IMG/VR virus record: IMGVR_UViG_2576861092_000008
Strand: one strand, 5' to 3'
Length of the DNA: 11,644 bases
DNA from: a virus
Lineage: Duplodnaviria > Heunggongvirae > Uroviricota > Caudoviricetes
In this document: piece after piece, positions 1 through 7,661 of the stretch
Layout of the letters: each line of letters opens with the position of its first letter
Numbering within the stretch: the stretch's first letter is position 1
Program-made: the position numbers and the translations under genes
Notes under the pieces: generated by a model
What the model saw: the letters and a program-made list of their open reading frames with translations, nothing else
Database searches by the model: none
Told to the model about the DNA's origin: nothing

Positions 1-582
1 GGTATTGCACAGAATATGGCGGCGATGCTGACCGGCAGCGAACAGAACTGGCGGGGATTCACCCGTTCCGTGCTGTCCATGATGACAGAAATTCTGCTTA
101 AGCAGGCAATGGTGGGGATTGTCGGGAGTATCGGCAGCGCCATTGGCGGGGCTGTTGGTGGCGGCGCATCCGCGTCAGGCGGTACAGCCATTCAGGCCGC
201 TGCGGCGAAATTCCATTTTGCAACCGGAGGATTTACGGGAACCGGCGGCAAATATGAGCCAGCGGGGATTGTTCACCGTGGTGAATTTGTCTTCACAAAG
301 GAGGCAACCAGCCGGATTGGCGTGGGGAATCTCTACCGGCTGATGCGCGGCTATGCCACCGGTGGTTATGTCGGTACACCGGGCAGTCTGGCTGACAGCC
401 GGTCGCAGGCGTCCGGGACGTTTGAGCAGAATAACCATGTGGTGATTAACAACGACGGCACGAACGGGCAGATAGGTCCGGCTGCTCTGAAGGCGGTGTA
501 TGACATGGCCCGCAAGGGTGCCCGTGATGAAATTCAGACACAGATGCGTGATGGTGGACTGTTCTCCGGAGGTGGACGATGA
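1..582 (+). CDS. H: Tail tape-measure protein, C-terminal fragment (5' end lies upstream of the window)
   Basis: Open reading frame runs from window position 1 in frame with the 16..582 ORF. Gly/Ala-rich C-terminus (GGAVGGGASASGG ... GGLFSGGGR) matches my recollection of the lambda gpH C-terminus. Stop TGA at 580-582 overlaps the ATG of the next gene (ATGA), the lambda H/M arrangement. Confidence 0.88.
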   Translation, partial: GIAQNMAAMLTGSEQNWRGFTRSVLSMMTEILLKQAMVGIVGSIGSAIGGAVGGGASASGGTAIQAAAAKFHFATGGFTGTGGKYEPAGIVHRGEFVFTKEATSRIGVGNLYRLMRGYATGGYVGTPGSLADSRSQASGTFEQNNHVVINNDGTNGQIGPAALKAVYDMARKGARDEIQTQMRDGGLFSGGGR

Positions 583-908
583 AAACCTTCCGCTGGAAAG
601 TGAAACCCGGGATGGATGTGACATCGGCTCCTTCCGTCAGGGAGGTGCGCTTTGGTGATGGCTATTCCCAGCGTGCGCCTGCCGGGCTGAACGCTGACCT
701 GAAAACGTACAGCGTGACGCTGTCTGTCTCCCGTGAGGAGGCCACGGCGCTGGAGTCGTTTCTGGCTGAGCACGGGGGCTGGAAGGCCTTTCTGTGGACG
801 CCGCCTTATGGTTACAGGCAGATAAAGGTGACCTGCGCAAAATGGTCGTCGCAGGTCAGTATGTTGCGTGTTGGGTTCAGCGCAGAGTTTAAACAGGTGG
901 TGAACTGA
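579..908 (+). CDS. M: Minor tail protein M (tail tip assembly)
   Basis: 109-aa ORF, MKTFRWKVKPGMDV..., same length and sequence as lambda gpM as I recall it. GGAGG Shine-Dalgarno at 568-572. Start overlaps the H stop, and its own stop overlaps the L start (TGATG). Confidence 0.92.
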   Translation: MKTFRWKVKPGMDVTSAPSVREVRFGDGYSQRAPAGLNADLKTYSVTLSVSREEATALESFLAEHGGWKAFLWTPPYGYRQIKVTCAKWSSQVSMLRVGFSAEFKQVVN

Positions 909-1606
909 TGCAGGATATCCGGCAGGAAACACTGAATGAATGCACCCGTGCGGAGCAGTCGGCCAGCGTGGTGCTCTGGGAAATCGATCTGACAGAGGTC
1001 GGTGGAGAACGTTATTTTTTCTGTAATGAGCAGAACGAAAAAGGTGAGCCGGTCACCTGGCAGGGGAGGCAGTATCAGGCGTATCCCATTCAGGGGAGCG
1101 GTTTTGAACTGAATGGCAAAGGCACCAGTACGCGGCCCACGCTGGCAGTCTCTAACCTGTACGGCATGGTCACCGGTATGGTGGAAGATATGCAGAGTCT
1201 GGTCGGCGGAACGGTGGTCCGGCGTAAGGTTTACGCCCGTTTTCTGGATGCGGTGAACTTCGTCAACGGAAACAGAGACGCCGATCCGGAGCAGGAGGTG
1301 ATCAGCCGCTGGCGCATCGAGCAGTGCAGCGAACTGAGCGCGGTGAGTGCCTCCTTTGTACTGTCCACGCCGACGGAAACGGATGGCGCTGTTTTTCCGG
1401 GGCGTATCATGCTGGCCAACACCTGCACCTGGACCTATCGCGGTGATGAGTGCGGTTATCACGGTCCGGCAGTCGCGGATGAATATGACCAGCCGACGTC
1501 CGATATCACGAAGGATAAATGCAGCAAATGCCTGAGCGGCTGTAAGTTTCGCAATAACGTCGGCAACTTTGGCGGCTTCCTTTCCATTAACAAACTTTCG
1601 CAGTAA
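908..1606 (+). CDS. L: Minor tail protein L (tail tip assembly, Fe-S cluster protein)
   Basis: 232-aa ORF, same length as lambda gpL. C-terminal cysteine cluster (CTWTYRGDECGY ... DKCSKCLSGC) is consistent with the [4Fe-4S] site described for gpL. Position between M and K. Confidence 0.92.
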   Translation: MQDIRQETLNECTRAEQSASVVLWEIDLTEVGGERYFFCNEQNEKGEPVTWQGRQYQAYPIQGSGFELNGKGTSTRPTLAVSNLYGMVTGMVEDMQSLVGGTVVRRKVYARFLDAVNFVNGNRDADPEQEVISRWRIEQCSELSAVSASFVLSTPTETDGAVFPGRIMLANTCTWTYRGDECGYHGPAVADEYDQPTSDITKDKCSKCLSGCKFRNNVGNFGGFLSINKLSQ

Positions 1607-1610
1607 TCCC

Positions 1611-2354
1611 ATGACAGAGACAGAATCAGCGATTCTGGCGCACGCCCGGCGATGTGCGCCAGCGGAGTCGTGCGGCTTCGTGGTAAGCACGCCGGAGGGG
1701 GAAAGATATTTCCCCTGCGTGAATATCTCCGGTGAGCGGGAGGCGTATTTCCGGATGGCTCCGGAGGACTGGCTGCAGGCAGAGATGCAGGGTGAGATTG
1801 TGGCGCTGGTCCACAGCCACCCCGGTGGTCTGCCCTGGCTGAGTGAGGCTGACCGGCGGCTGCAGGTGCAGAGCGATTTGCCGTGGTGGCTGGTCTGCCG
1901 GGGGGCGATTCACAAGTTCCGCTGTGTGCCGCATCTCACCGGGCGGCGCTTTGAGTACGGGGTGACGGACTGTTACACACTGTTCCGGGATGCTTACCAT
2001 CTGGCGGGGATTGAGATGCCGGATTTTCATCGCGGGGATGACTGGTGGCGTCACGGTCAGAATCTCTATCTTGACAATATGGAGGCTACTGGTTTTTACC
2101 GTGTCGCACTGACAGAGGCGCAGCCGGGCGATGTGCTGCTGTGCTGTTTTGGTTCATCGGTGCCGAATCACGCCGCCATTTACTGCGGCGACGGTGAGCT
2201 GCTGCACCATATTCCTGAACAACTGAGTAAACGAGAGAGGTATACCGACAAATGGCAGCGACGCACACACTCCCTCTGGCGTCACCGGGAATGGCACGCA
2301 TCTGCCTTTACGGGGATTTGCAACGATTTGGCCGCCGCATCGACCTTCGTGTGA
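1611..2354 (+). CDS. K: Tail tip assembly protein K (JAMM/MPN metalloprotease-like domain plus NlpC/P60 domain)
   Basis: ATG at 1611 lies 5 nt after the L stop (MTETESAILAH...). JAMM-type motif HSHPGG...SEAD in the N-terminal half; Cys/His/His NlpC/P60-like residues (DCYTLF ... NHAAIYCGDGELLHH) in the C-terminal half. The ORF-track start at 1569 overlaps L and is less likely. An internal Met at 1755 would give the 199-aa length I recall for the older lambda annotation, but would truncate the MPN domain. Confidence 0.88.
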   Translation: MTETESAILAHARRCAPAESCGFVVSTPEGERYFPCVNISGEREAYFRMAPEDWLQAEMQGEIVALVHSHPGGLPWLSEADRRLQVQSDLPWWLVCRGAIHKFRCVPHLTGRRFEYGVTDCYTLFRDAYHLAGIEMPDFHRGDDWWRHGQNLYLDNMEATGFYRVALTEAQPGDVLLCCFGSSVPNHAAIYCGDGELLHHIPEQLSKRERYTDKWQRRTHSLWRHREWHASAFTGICNDLAAASTFV

Positions 2355-2893
2355 AAACGGGGGCTGAAGCCATCCGGGCACTGGCCACACAGCTCCCGGC
2401 GTTTCGTCAGAAACTGAGCGATGGCTGGTATCAGGTACGGATTGCCGGGCGGGATGCAGGAGAAACCGAATTATCATCCCGTCTTAATGAGCCGCTGGCA
2501 AATGGTGCCGTGATCCACATCGTGCCGCGTCTTGCGGGAGCAAAAAGTGGCGGTGTGTTTCAGGCGGTGCTGGGTGCGGCGTTGATTGCTACGGCAATCT
2601 GGATGCCGGGGATCAGTATCGCTTTCAGTGACATTCTCTTTTCAATGGGTGCGGCGATGACGCTTGGTGGTGTGGCGCAGATGCTGGCACCGAAAGCCAG
2701 AACTCCCCGTACACAGACAACGGATAACGGCAAACAGAACACCTATTTCTCCTCACTGGATAACATGGTTGCCCAGGGCAATGTCCTGCCTGTTCTGTAC
2801 GGTGAAATGCGCGTGGGGTCACGTGTGGCATCTCAGGAGATCAGCACGGCAGATGAAGGGGATGGTGGTCAGGTTGTGGTAATTGGGCGGTAA
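2252..2893 (+). CDS. I: Tail tip assembly protein I (ubiquitin-like N-terminus, hydrophobic C-terminal region)
   Basis: 213-aa ORF MAATHTLPLASPGMARICLYGDLQRFGRR... with an in-frame stop at 2228-2230 just upstream, so 2252 is the first possible start. GAGAGAGG at 2232-2240 is a plausible RBS. Overlaps the 3' end of K in a different frame, as in lambda. C-terminus ...EGDGGQVVVIGR. Confidence 0.9.
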   Translation: MAATHTLPLASPGMARICLYGDLQRFGRRIDLRVKTGAEAIRALATQLPAFRQKLSDGWYQVRIAGRDAGETELSSRLNEPLANGAVIHIVPRLAGAKSGGVFQAVLGAALIATAIWMPGISIAFSDILFSMGAAMTLGGVAQMLAPKARTPRTQTTDNGKQNTYFSSLDNMVAQGNVLPVLYGEMRVGSRVASQEISTADEGDGGQVVVIGR

Positions 2894-2966
2894 TATTATT
2901 TTACTCATGTTCTAACTGATTTAATATTTATATCGAACACTGATAATTATTCTATTGGTTAGCTAT

Positions 2967-3305
2967 ATGAACAAAACGATTTTATTCTGCACGATTATTG
3001 CCTTAACAGGATGTAAATCTTTGGATTACGTAAAATCCGGAAAACCTGTAATGGAAGGTAATTCATTAAAAAATATTGATGAATTGTCAGGCTGCATATC
3101 CAGACAATGGGCTGGTAATGGAACACCTATAACATCCCTTCCTATTGAGAATGGGGTAAGCCTTTTAGTTCCACAGGCTATGGGGGGATATGATGTTGTG
3201 CTTGATATCAAAAAAGCAGGAAATGGCAGTAGTTTTACTCTTTATGAACGTGTACCAGCATTAACGCCAAAAATTTTTGCTGATAGTGTTAATGCATGTA
3301 AATAA
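2967..3305 (+). CDS. Predicted lipoprotein of unknown function (moron inserted between I and J; candidate outer-membrane lipoprotein)
   Basis: ORF lying in a sharply AT-rich segment (2894-3330) between I and J. N-terminus MNKTILFCTIIALTGC is a signal peptide with lipobox L-T-G-C; the +2 residue is Lys, not Asp, so outer-membrane sorting is expected. Mature part is about 96 aa with two further Cys. Followed by a hairpin terminator. Start is either ATG 2967 or an upstream TTG at 2955; no strong Shine-Dalgarno. Confidence 0.65.
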   Translation: MNKTILFCTIIALTGCKSLDYVKSGKPVMEGNSLKNIDELSGCISRQWAGNGTPITSLPIENGVSLLVPQAMGGYDVVLDIKKAGNGSSFTLYERVPALTPKIFADSVNACK

Positions 3306-3329
3306 TAGTTAATCCTGTCGTAACTCATG

Positions 3330-3357
3330 AGCCGCCTTTTGGGCGGCTTTGTTGTTT
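3330..3357 (+). terminator. Rho-independent terminator downstream of the lipoprotein moron
   Basis: Inverted repeat AGCCGCC (3330-3336) / GGCGGCT (3342-3348) with a 5-nt loop, followed by the T-rich run TTGTTGTTT. Lies 14 nt upstream of the J start codon. Confidence 0.6.
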
Positions 3358-3371
3358 ATGGAGTGTGAGGA

Positions 3372-6300
3372 ATGGGTAAAGGAAGCAGTAAGGGGCATAC
3401 CCCGCGCGAAGCGAGGGACAACCTGAAGTCCACGCAGCTGCTGAGTGTGATCGATGCCATCAGCGAAGGGCCGGTTGAAGGTCCGGTGGACGGATTAAAA
3501 AGCGTGCTGCTGAACAGTACGCCGGTGCTGGACAGTGAGGGGAATACCAATATATCCGGTGTCACGGTGGTGTTCCGGGCAGGTGAGCAGGAGCAGACAC
3601 CGCCGGAGGGATTTGAATCCTCCGGCTCCGAGACGGTGCTGGGTACGGAAGTGAAATATGACACGCCGATCACCCGGACCATCACGTCGGCAAACATCGA
3701 CCGTCTGCGCTTTACCTTCGGTGTGCAGGCACTGGTGGAAACCACCTCAAAGGGGGACAGGAATCCATCGGAAGTCCGCCTGCTGGTTCAGATACAGCGT
3801 AACGGTGGCTGGGTGACGGAAAAAGACATCACCATTAAGGGCAAAACCACCTCGCAGTATCTGGCCTCGGTGGTGGTGGATAACCTGCCGCCGCGCCCGT
3901 TTAATATCCGGATGCGCAGGATGACGCCGGACAGCACCACAGACCAGTTGCAGAACAAAACGCTCTGGTCGTCATACACCGAAATCATCGATGTGAAACA
4001 GTGCTACCCGAACACGGCACTGGTTGGCGTGCAGGTGGACTCGGAGCAGTTCGGCAGCCAGCAGGTGAGCCGTAATTATCATCTTCGCGGGCGCATTCTG
4101 CAGGTGCCGTCGAACTATAACCCGCAGACGCGGCAATACAGCGGTATCTGGGACGGAACGTTAAAACCGGCATACAGCAACAACATGGCCTGGTGTCTGT
4201 GGGATATGCTGACCCATCCGCGCTACGGCATGGGGAAACGTCTTGGTGCGGCGGATGTGGATAAATGGGCGCTGTATGTCATCGGCCAGAATTGCGACCA
4301 GTCGGTGCCGGACGGCTTTGGCGGCACGGAGCCGCGCATCACCTGTAACGCTTACCTGACCACACAGCGCAAGGCGTGGGATGTGCTCAGTGATTTCTGC
4401 TCGGCGATGCGCTGTATGCCGGTATGGAACGGGCAGACGCTGACGTTCGTGCAGGACCGACCATCAGATAAGGTGTGGACCTATAACCGCAGTAATGTGG
4501 TGATGCCGGATGATGGCGCGCCGTTCCGCTACAGTTTCAGCGCCCTGAAGGACCGCCATAATGCCGTTGAGGTGAACTGGACTGACCCGGATAACGGCTG
4601 GGAAACGGCAACAGAGCTTGTGGAGGACACGCAGGCCATTGCCCGTTACGGTCGTAACGTCACGAAGATGGATGCCTTTGGCTGTACCAGCCGGGGGCAG
4701 GCACACAGAGCCGGGCTGTGGCTGATTAAAACGGAGCTGCTGGAAACGCAGACCGTGGATTTCAGCGTGGGCGCAGAAGGGCTTCGCCATGTACCGGGCG
4801 ATGTCATTGAAATCTGCGATGATGACTATGCGGGTATCAGCACCGGTGGTCGTGTGCTGGCGGTGAACAGCCAGACCCGGACGCTGACGCTCGACCGTGA
4901 AATCACGCTGCCATCCTCCGGTACCACGCTGATAAGCCTGGTTGACGGGCAGGGGAGTCCGGTCAGCGTGGAGGTTCAGTCCGTCACCGACGGCGTGAAG
5001 GTGAAAGTGAGCCGTGTTCCTGACGGCGTTGCTGAATACAGCGTATGGGGGCTGAAGCTGCCGACGTTGCGCCAGCGCCTGTTCCGCTGCGTGAGTATCC
5101 GTGAGAACGACGACGGCACGTATGCCATCACCGCCGTGCAGCATGTACCGGAAAAAGAGGCCATCGTGGATAACGGGGCGCACTTTGACGGCGACCAGAG
5201 CGGCACGGTGAATGGTGTCACGCCGCCAGCGGTGCAGCACCTGACTGCCGAAGTCACCGCAGACAGCGGGGAGTATCAGGTGCTGGCGCGATGGGACACA
5301 CCGAAGGTGGTGAAGGGCGTGAGCTTCCTGCTCCGTCTGACCGTAACAGCGGACGACGGCAGTGAGCGGCTGGTCAGCACGGCCCGGACGACGGAAACCA
5401 CATACCGCTTCACGCAACTGGCGCTGGGGCGTTACACGCTGACAGTCCGGGCGGTAAATGCGTGGGGGCAGCAGGGCGATCCGGCATCGGTATCGTTCCG
5501 GATTGCGGCACCGGCAGCGCCTGTCACTATTGAACTGATACCAGGGTATTTTCAGATAACAGCGGTCCCGAAACTGGCTGTATATGACCCGACGGTGCAG
5601 TTTGAGTTCTGGTTCTCGGAAAAGCGGATTATCGATATCAGGCAGGTTGAAACCAGCGCGCGTTATCTTGGTACGGCGCTGTACTGGATAGCCGCCAGTA
5701 GCAATATTAAGCCGGGTTATGATTATTACTTTTATATCCGCAGCGTGAACACCGTTGGTAAATCGGCATTCGTGGAGGCCGTCGGTCGGGCGAGCGATGA
5801 TGCGGAAGGTTACCTGGATTTTTTCAAAGGAGAAATCGGGAAAACACATCTGGCCCAGGAGTTGTGGACGCAGATTGATAACGGTCAGCTTGCGCCGGAC
5901 CTGGCTGAAATCAGGACGTCCATTACGAATGTCAGCAATGAAATCACGCAGACCGTCAATAAAAAACTGGAAGACCAGAGTGCGGCAATCCAGCAGATAC
6001 AGAAAGTTCAGGTTGATACAAATAATAACCTGAACAGCATGTGGGCCGTGAAACTGCAGCAGATGAAGGACGGACGCCTTTATATTGCGGGTATCGGTGC
6101 CGGTATTGAGAACACCCCTGACGGCATGCAGAGTCAGGTGCTTCTGGCTGCTGACCGGATTGCGATGATTAATCCTGCGAATGGCAACACAAAGCCGATG
6201 TTTGTTGGTCAGGGCGATCAGATATTCATGAACGACGTGTTCCTGAAACGCCTGACGGCTCCGACCATTACCAGCGGCGGTAATCCTCCGGCATTTTCCC

Positions 6301-6851
6301 TGACACCGGACGGGCGGCTGACGGCGAAAAATGCCGATATCAGCGGTAACGTGAATGCGAACTCCGGGACGCTCAACAACGTCACGATTAACGAGAACTG
6401 TCGGGTTCTGGGAAAATTGTCCGCCAACCAGATTGAAGGCGATCTCGTTAAAACAGTGGGCAAAGCTTTCCCCCGGGACTCCCGTGCACCGGAACGGTGG
6501 CCATCAGGGACCATCACCGTCAGGGTTTATGACGATCAGCCGTTTGACCGGCAGATTGTTATTCCGGCGGTGGCATTCAGCGGCGCTAAACATGAGCGGG
6601 AGAATAACGATATTTATTCGTCATGCCGCCTGATAGTACGGAAAAACGGTGCTGAAATTTATAACCGTACCGCGCTGGATAATACGCTGATTTACAGTGG
6701 TGTTATTGATATGCCAGCTGGTCGCGGCCACATGACGCTGGAGTTTTCGGTGTCAGCATGGCTGGTGAATAACTGGTATCCCACAGCAAGTATCAGCGAT
6801 TTGCTGGTTGTGGTGATGAAGAAAGCCACCGCAGGCATCAGTATCAGCTGA
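3372..6851 (+). CDS. J: Tail tip / central tail fibre protein J (host specificity protein)
   Basis: 1159-aa [27 protein letters not shown]..., preceded by a GAGG RBS. Size and order match lambda gpJ (which I recall as 1132 aa). C-terminus ...[35 protein letters not shown] resembles the lambda J receptor-binding end as I remember it. Confidence 0.95.
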   Translation: MGKGSSKGHTPREARDNLKSTQLLSVIDAISEGPVEGPVDGLKSVLLNSTPVLDSEGNTNISGVTVVFRAGEQEQTPPEGFESSGSETVLGTEVKYDTPITRTITSANIDRLRFTFGVQALVETTSKGDRNPSEVRLLVQIQRNGGWVTEKDITIKGKTTSQYLASVVVDNLPPRPFNIRMRRMTPDSTTDQLQNKTLWSSYTEIIDVKQCYPNTALVGVQVDSEQFGSQQVSRNYHLRGRILQVPSNYNPQTRQYSGIWDGTLKPAYSNNMAWCLWDMLTHPRYGMGKRLGAADVDKWALYVIGQNCDQSVPDGFGGTEPRITCNAYLTTQRKAWDVLSDFCSAMRCMPVWNGQTLTFVQDRPSDKVWTYNRSNVVMPDDGAPFRYSFSALKDRHNAVEVNWTDPDNGWETATELVEDTQAIARYGRNVTKMDAFGCTSRGQAHRAGLWLIKTELLETQTVDFSVGAEGLRHVPGDVIEICDDDYAGISTGGRVLAVNSQTRTLTLDREITLPSSGTTLISLVDGQGSPVSVEVQSVTDGVKVKVSRVPDGVAEYSVWGLKLPTLRQRLFRCVSIRENDDGTYAITAVQHVPEKEAIVDNGAHFDGDQSGTVNGVTPPAVQHLTAEVTADSGEYQVLARWDTPKVVKGVSFLLRLTVTADDGSERLVSTARTTETTYRFTQLALGRYTLTVRAVNAWGQQGDPASVSFRIAAPAAPVTIELIPGYFQITAVPKLAVYDPTVQFEFWFSEKRIIDIRQVETSARYLGTALYWIAASSNIKPGYDYYFYIRSVNTVGKSAFVEAVGRASDDAEGYLDFFKGEIGKTHLAQELWTQIDNGQLAPDLAEIRTSITNVSNEITQTVNKKLEDQSAAIQQIQKVQVDTNNNLNSMWAVKLQQMKDGRLYIAGIGAGIENTPDGMQSQVLLAADRIAMINPANGNTKPMFVGQGDQIFMNDVFLKRLTAPTITSGGNPPAFSLTPDGRLTAKNADISGNVNANSGTLNNVTINENCRVLGKLSANQIEGDLVKTVGKAFPRDSRAPERWPSGTITVRVYDDQPFDRQIVIPAVAFSGAKHERENNDIYSSCRLIVRKNGAEIYNRTALDNTLIYSGVIDMPAGRGHMTLEFSVSAWLVNNWYPTASISDLLVVVMKKATAGISIS

Positions 6852-6868
6852 ATTTTATAACCCATATA

Positions 6869-6896
6869 CGGGCGCCAGAAATGGCGCCTTTTTTAT
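6869..6896 (+). terminator. Rho-independent terminator between J and lom
   Basis: Palindromic stem GGCGCC (6871-6876) / GGCGCC (6883-6888) with loop AGAAAT, followed by TTTTTTATT. Confidence 0.6.
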
Positions 6897-6918
6897 TGCA
6901 GAAAAGCGAGAGGTAATT

Positions 6919-7518
6919 ATGCGTAAAGTTTGTGCAGTCATTTTGTCCGCAGCCATCTGTCTGTCCGTATCCGGTGCGCCTGCATGGGCGTCTGAACATC
7001 AGTTCACACTGAGCGCGGGGTATCTTCATGCCCGTACGAACGCTCCCGGCAGTGATAATCTGAACGGGATTAACGTGAAATACCGTTATGAGTTTACGGA
7101 CGCGCTGGGGCTGATTACGTCCTTCAGTTATGCCAATGCTGAGGATGAGCAAAAAACGCACTACAGCGATACCCGCTGGCATGAAGATTCCGTGCGTAAC
7201 CGCTGGTTCAGCGTGATGGCGGGGCCGTCTGTACGCGTGAATGAATGGTTCAGCGCGTATTCGATGGCGGGTGTGGCTTACAGCCGTGTGTCGACTTTCT
7301 CCGGGGATTATCTCCGCGTAACTGACAACAAGGGGAAAACGCACGATGTGCTGACCGGAAGTGATGACGGTCGCCACAGCAACACGTCTCTGGCGTGGGG
7401 GGCTGGCGTGCAGTTTAACCCGACCGAATCCGTGACCATTGACCTTGCTTATGAAGGTTCCGGTAGTGGCGACTGGCGAACGGATGCATTTATTGTTGGT
7501 ATCGGATACCGTTTCTGA
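6919..7518 (+). CDS. lom: Outer-membrane protein Lom (Ail/OmpX/PagC family beta-barrel), lysogenic-conversion moron
   Basis: 199-aa ORF with signal peptide MRKVCAVILSAAICLSVSGAPAWA and C-terminal ...VGIGYRF ending in aromatic Phe, typical of outer-membrane beta-barrels. GAGAGG RBS 6 nt upstream. Position after J matches lambda lom. Confidence 0.92.
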   Translation: MRKVCAVILSAAICLSVSGAPAWASEHQFTLSAGYLHARTNAPGSDNLNGINVKYRYEFTDALGLITSFSYANAEDEQKTHYSDTRWHEDSVRNRWFSVMAGPSVRVNEWFSAYSMAGVAYSRVSTFSGDYLRVTDNKGKTHDVLTGSDDGRHSNTSLAWGAGVQFNPTESVTIDLAYEGSGSGDWRTDAFIVGIGYRF

Positions 7519-7622
7519 CAACAGACGCCGATTTATCTTCTGTAAATATTGTTATGATACGCAGGTTCATCCACTTTATGGGGTGAACTGCGTTTGAGTA
7601 AACGTACAGTTACACTGTTCTG

Positions 7623-7650
7623 AAGCCCGTGGGTTCTGGCGGGCTTTTTT
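7623..7650 (+). terminator. Rho-independent terminator downstream of lom
   Basis: Stem AAGCCCG (7623-7629) / CGGGCTT (7640-7646) with a 10-nt loop, then a T-run ending at 7650. Lies just upstream of the stf RBS (GGGGTG) and ATG 7662. Confidence 0.6.
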
Positions 7651-7661
7651 GTGGGGTGAAT

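Noticed and set aside
119-624. Alternative-frame ORFs within the H 3' region (119-343 on +, 175-624 on -)
   Set aside because: They are embedded in the H coding frame, which shows the recognisable tape-measure C-terminus. There is no independent support for them.
1569-1610. Upstream extension of K (MAASFPLTNF...) from the ORF track
   Set aside because: It would overlap the last 38 nt of L. ATG 1611 immediately after the L stop gives the MTETESAIL N-terminus I recall for lambda K.
812-1690. 292-aa ORF on the minus strand, antisense to L and the start of K
   Set aside because: It lies entirely within well-supported + strand tail genes. Long antisense ORFs are expected in GC-rich coding sequence. 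It has no RBS or recognisable motifs.
2955-2966. TTG start for the lipoprotein four codons upstream of ATG 2967
   Set aside because: It cannot be excluded, but ATG 2967 gives a canonical signal-peptide n-region (MNK) and neither start has a strong RBS. I retained the ATG as the more conservative call.
4464-5849. 461-aa ORF on the minus strand inside J
   Set aside because: Antisense to a high-confidence essential gene. The Arg/His/Pro-rich composition is typical of reverse-frame translation of GC-rich coding DNA.
5755-6033. 92-aa + strand ORF in an alternative frame inside J
   Set aside because: It is fully nested within J in another frame, with basic low-complexity composition. It is probably a chance ORF.
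6844-7521. 225-aa ORF on the minus strand covering lom
   Set aside because: Exactly antisense to lom. The lom + strand product has a clear signal peptide and beta-barrel C-terminus, and the antisense product has no features.
7629-7661. Upstream GTG start for stf given by the ORF track ([11 protein letters not shown]...)
   Set aside because: That start lies within the lom terminator hairpin and has no RBS. ATG 7662 has a GGGGTG Shine-Dalgarno and gives the canonical [10 protein letters not shown] Stf N-terminus.
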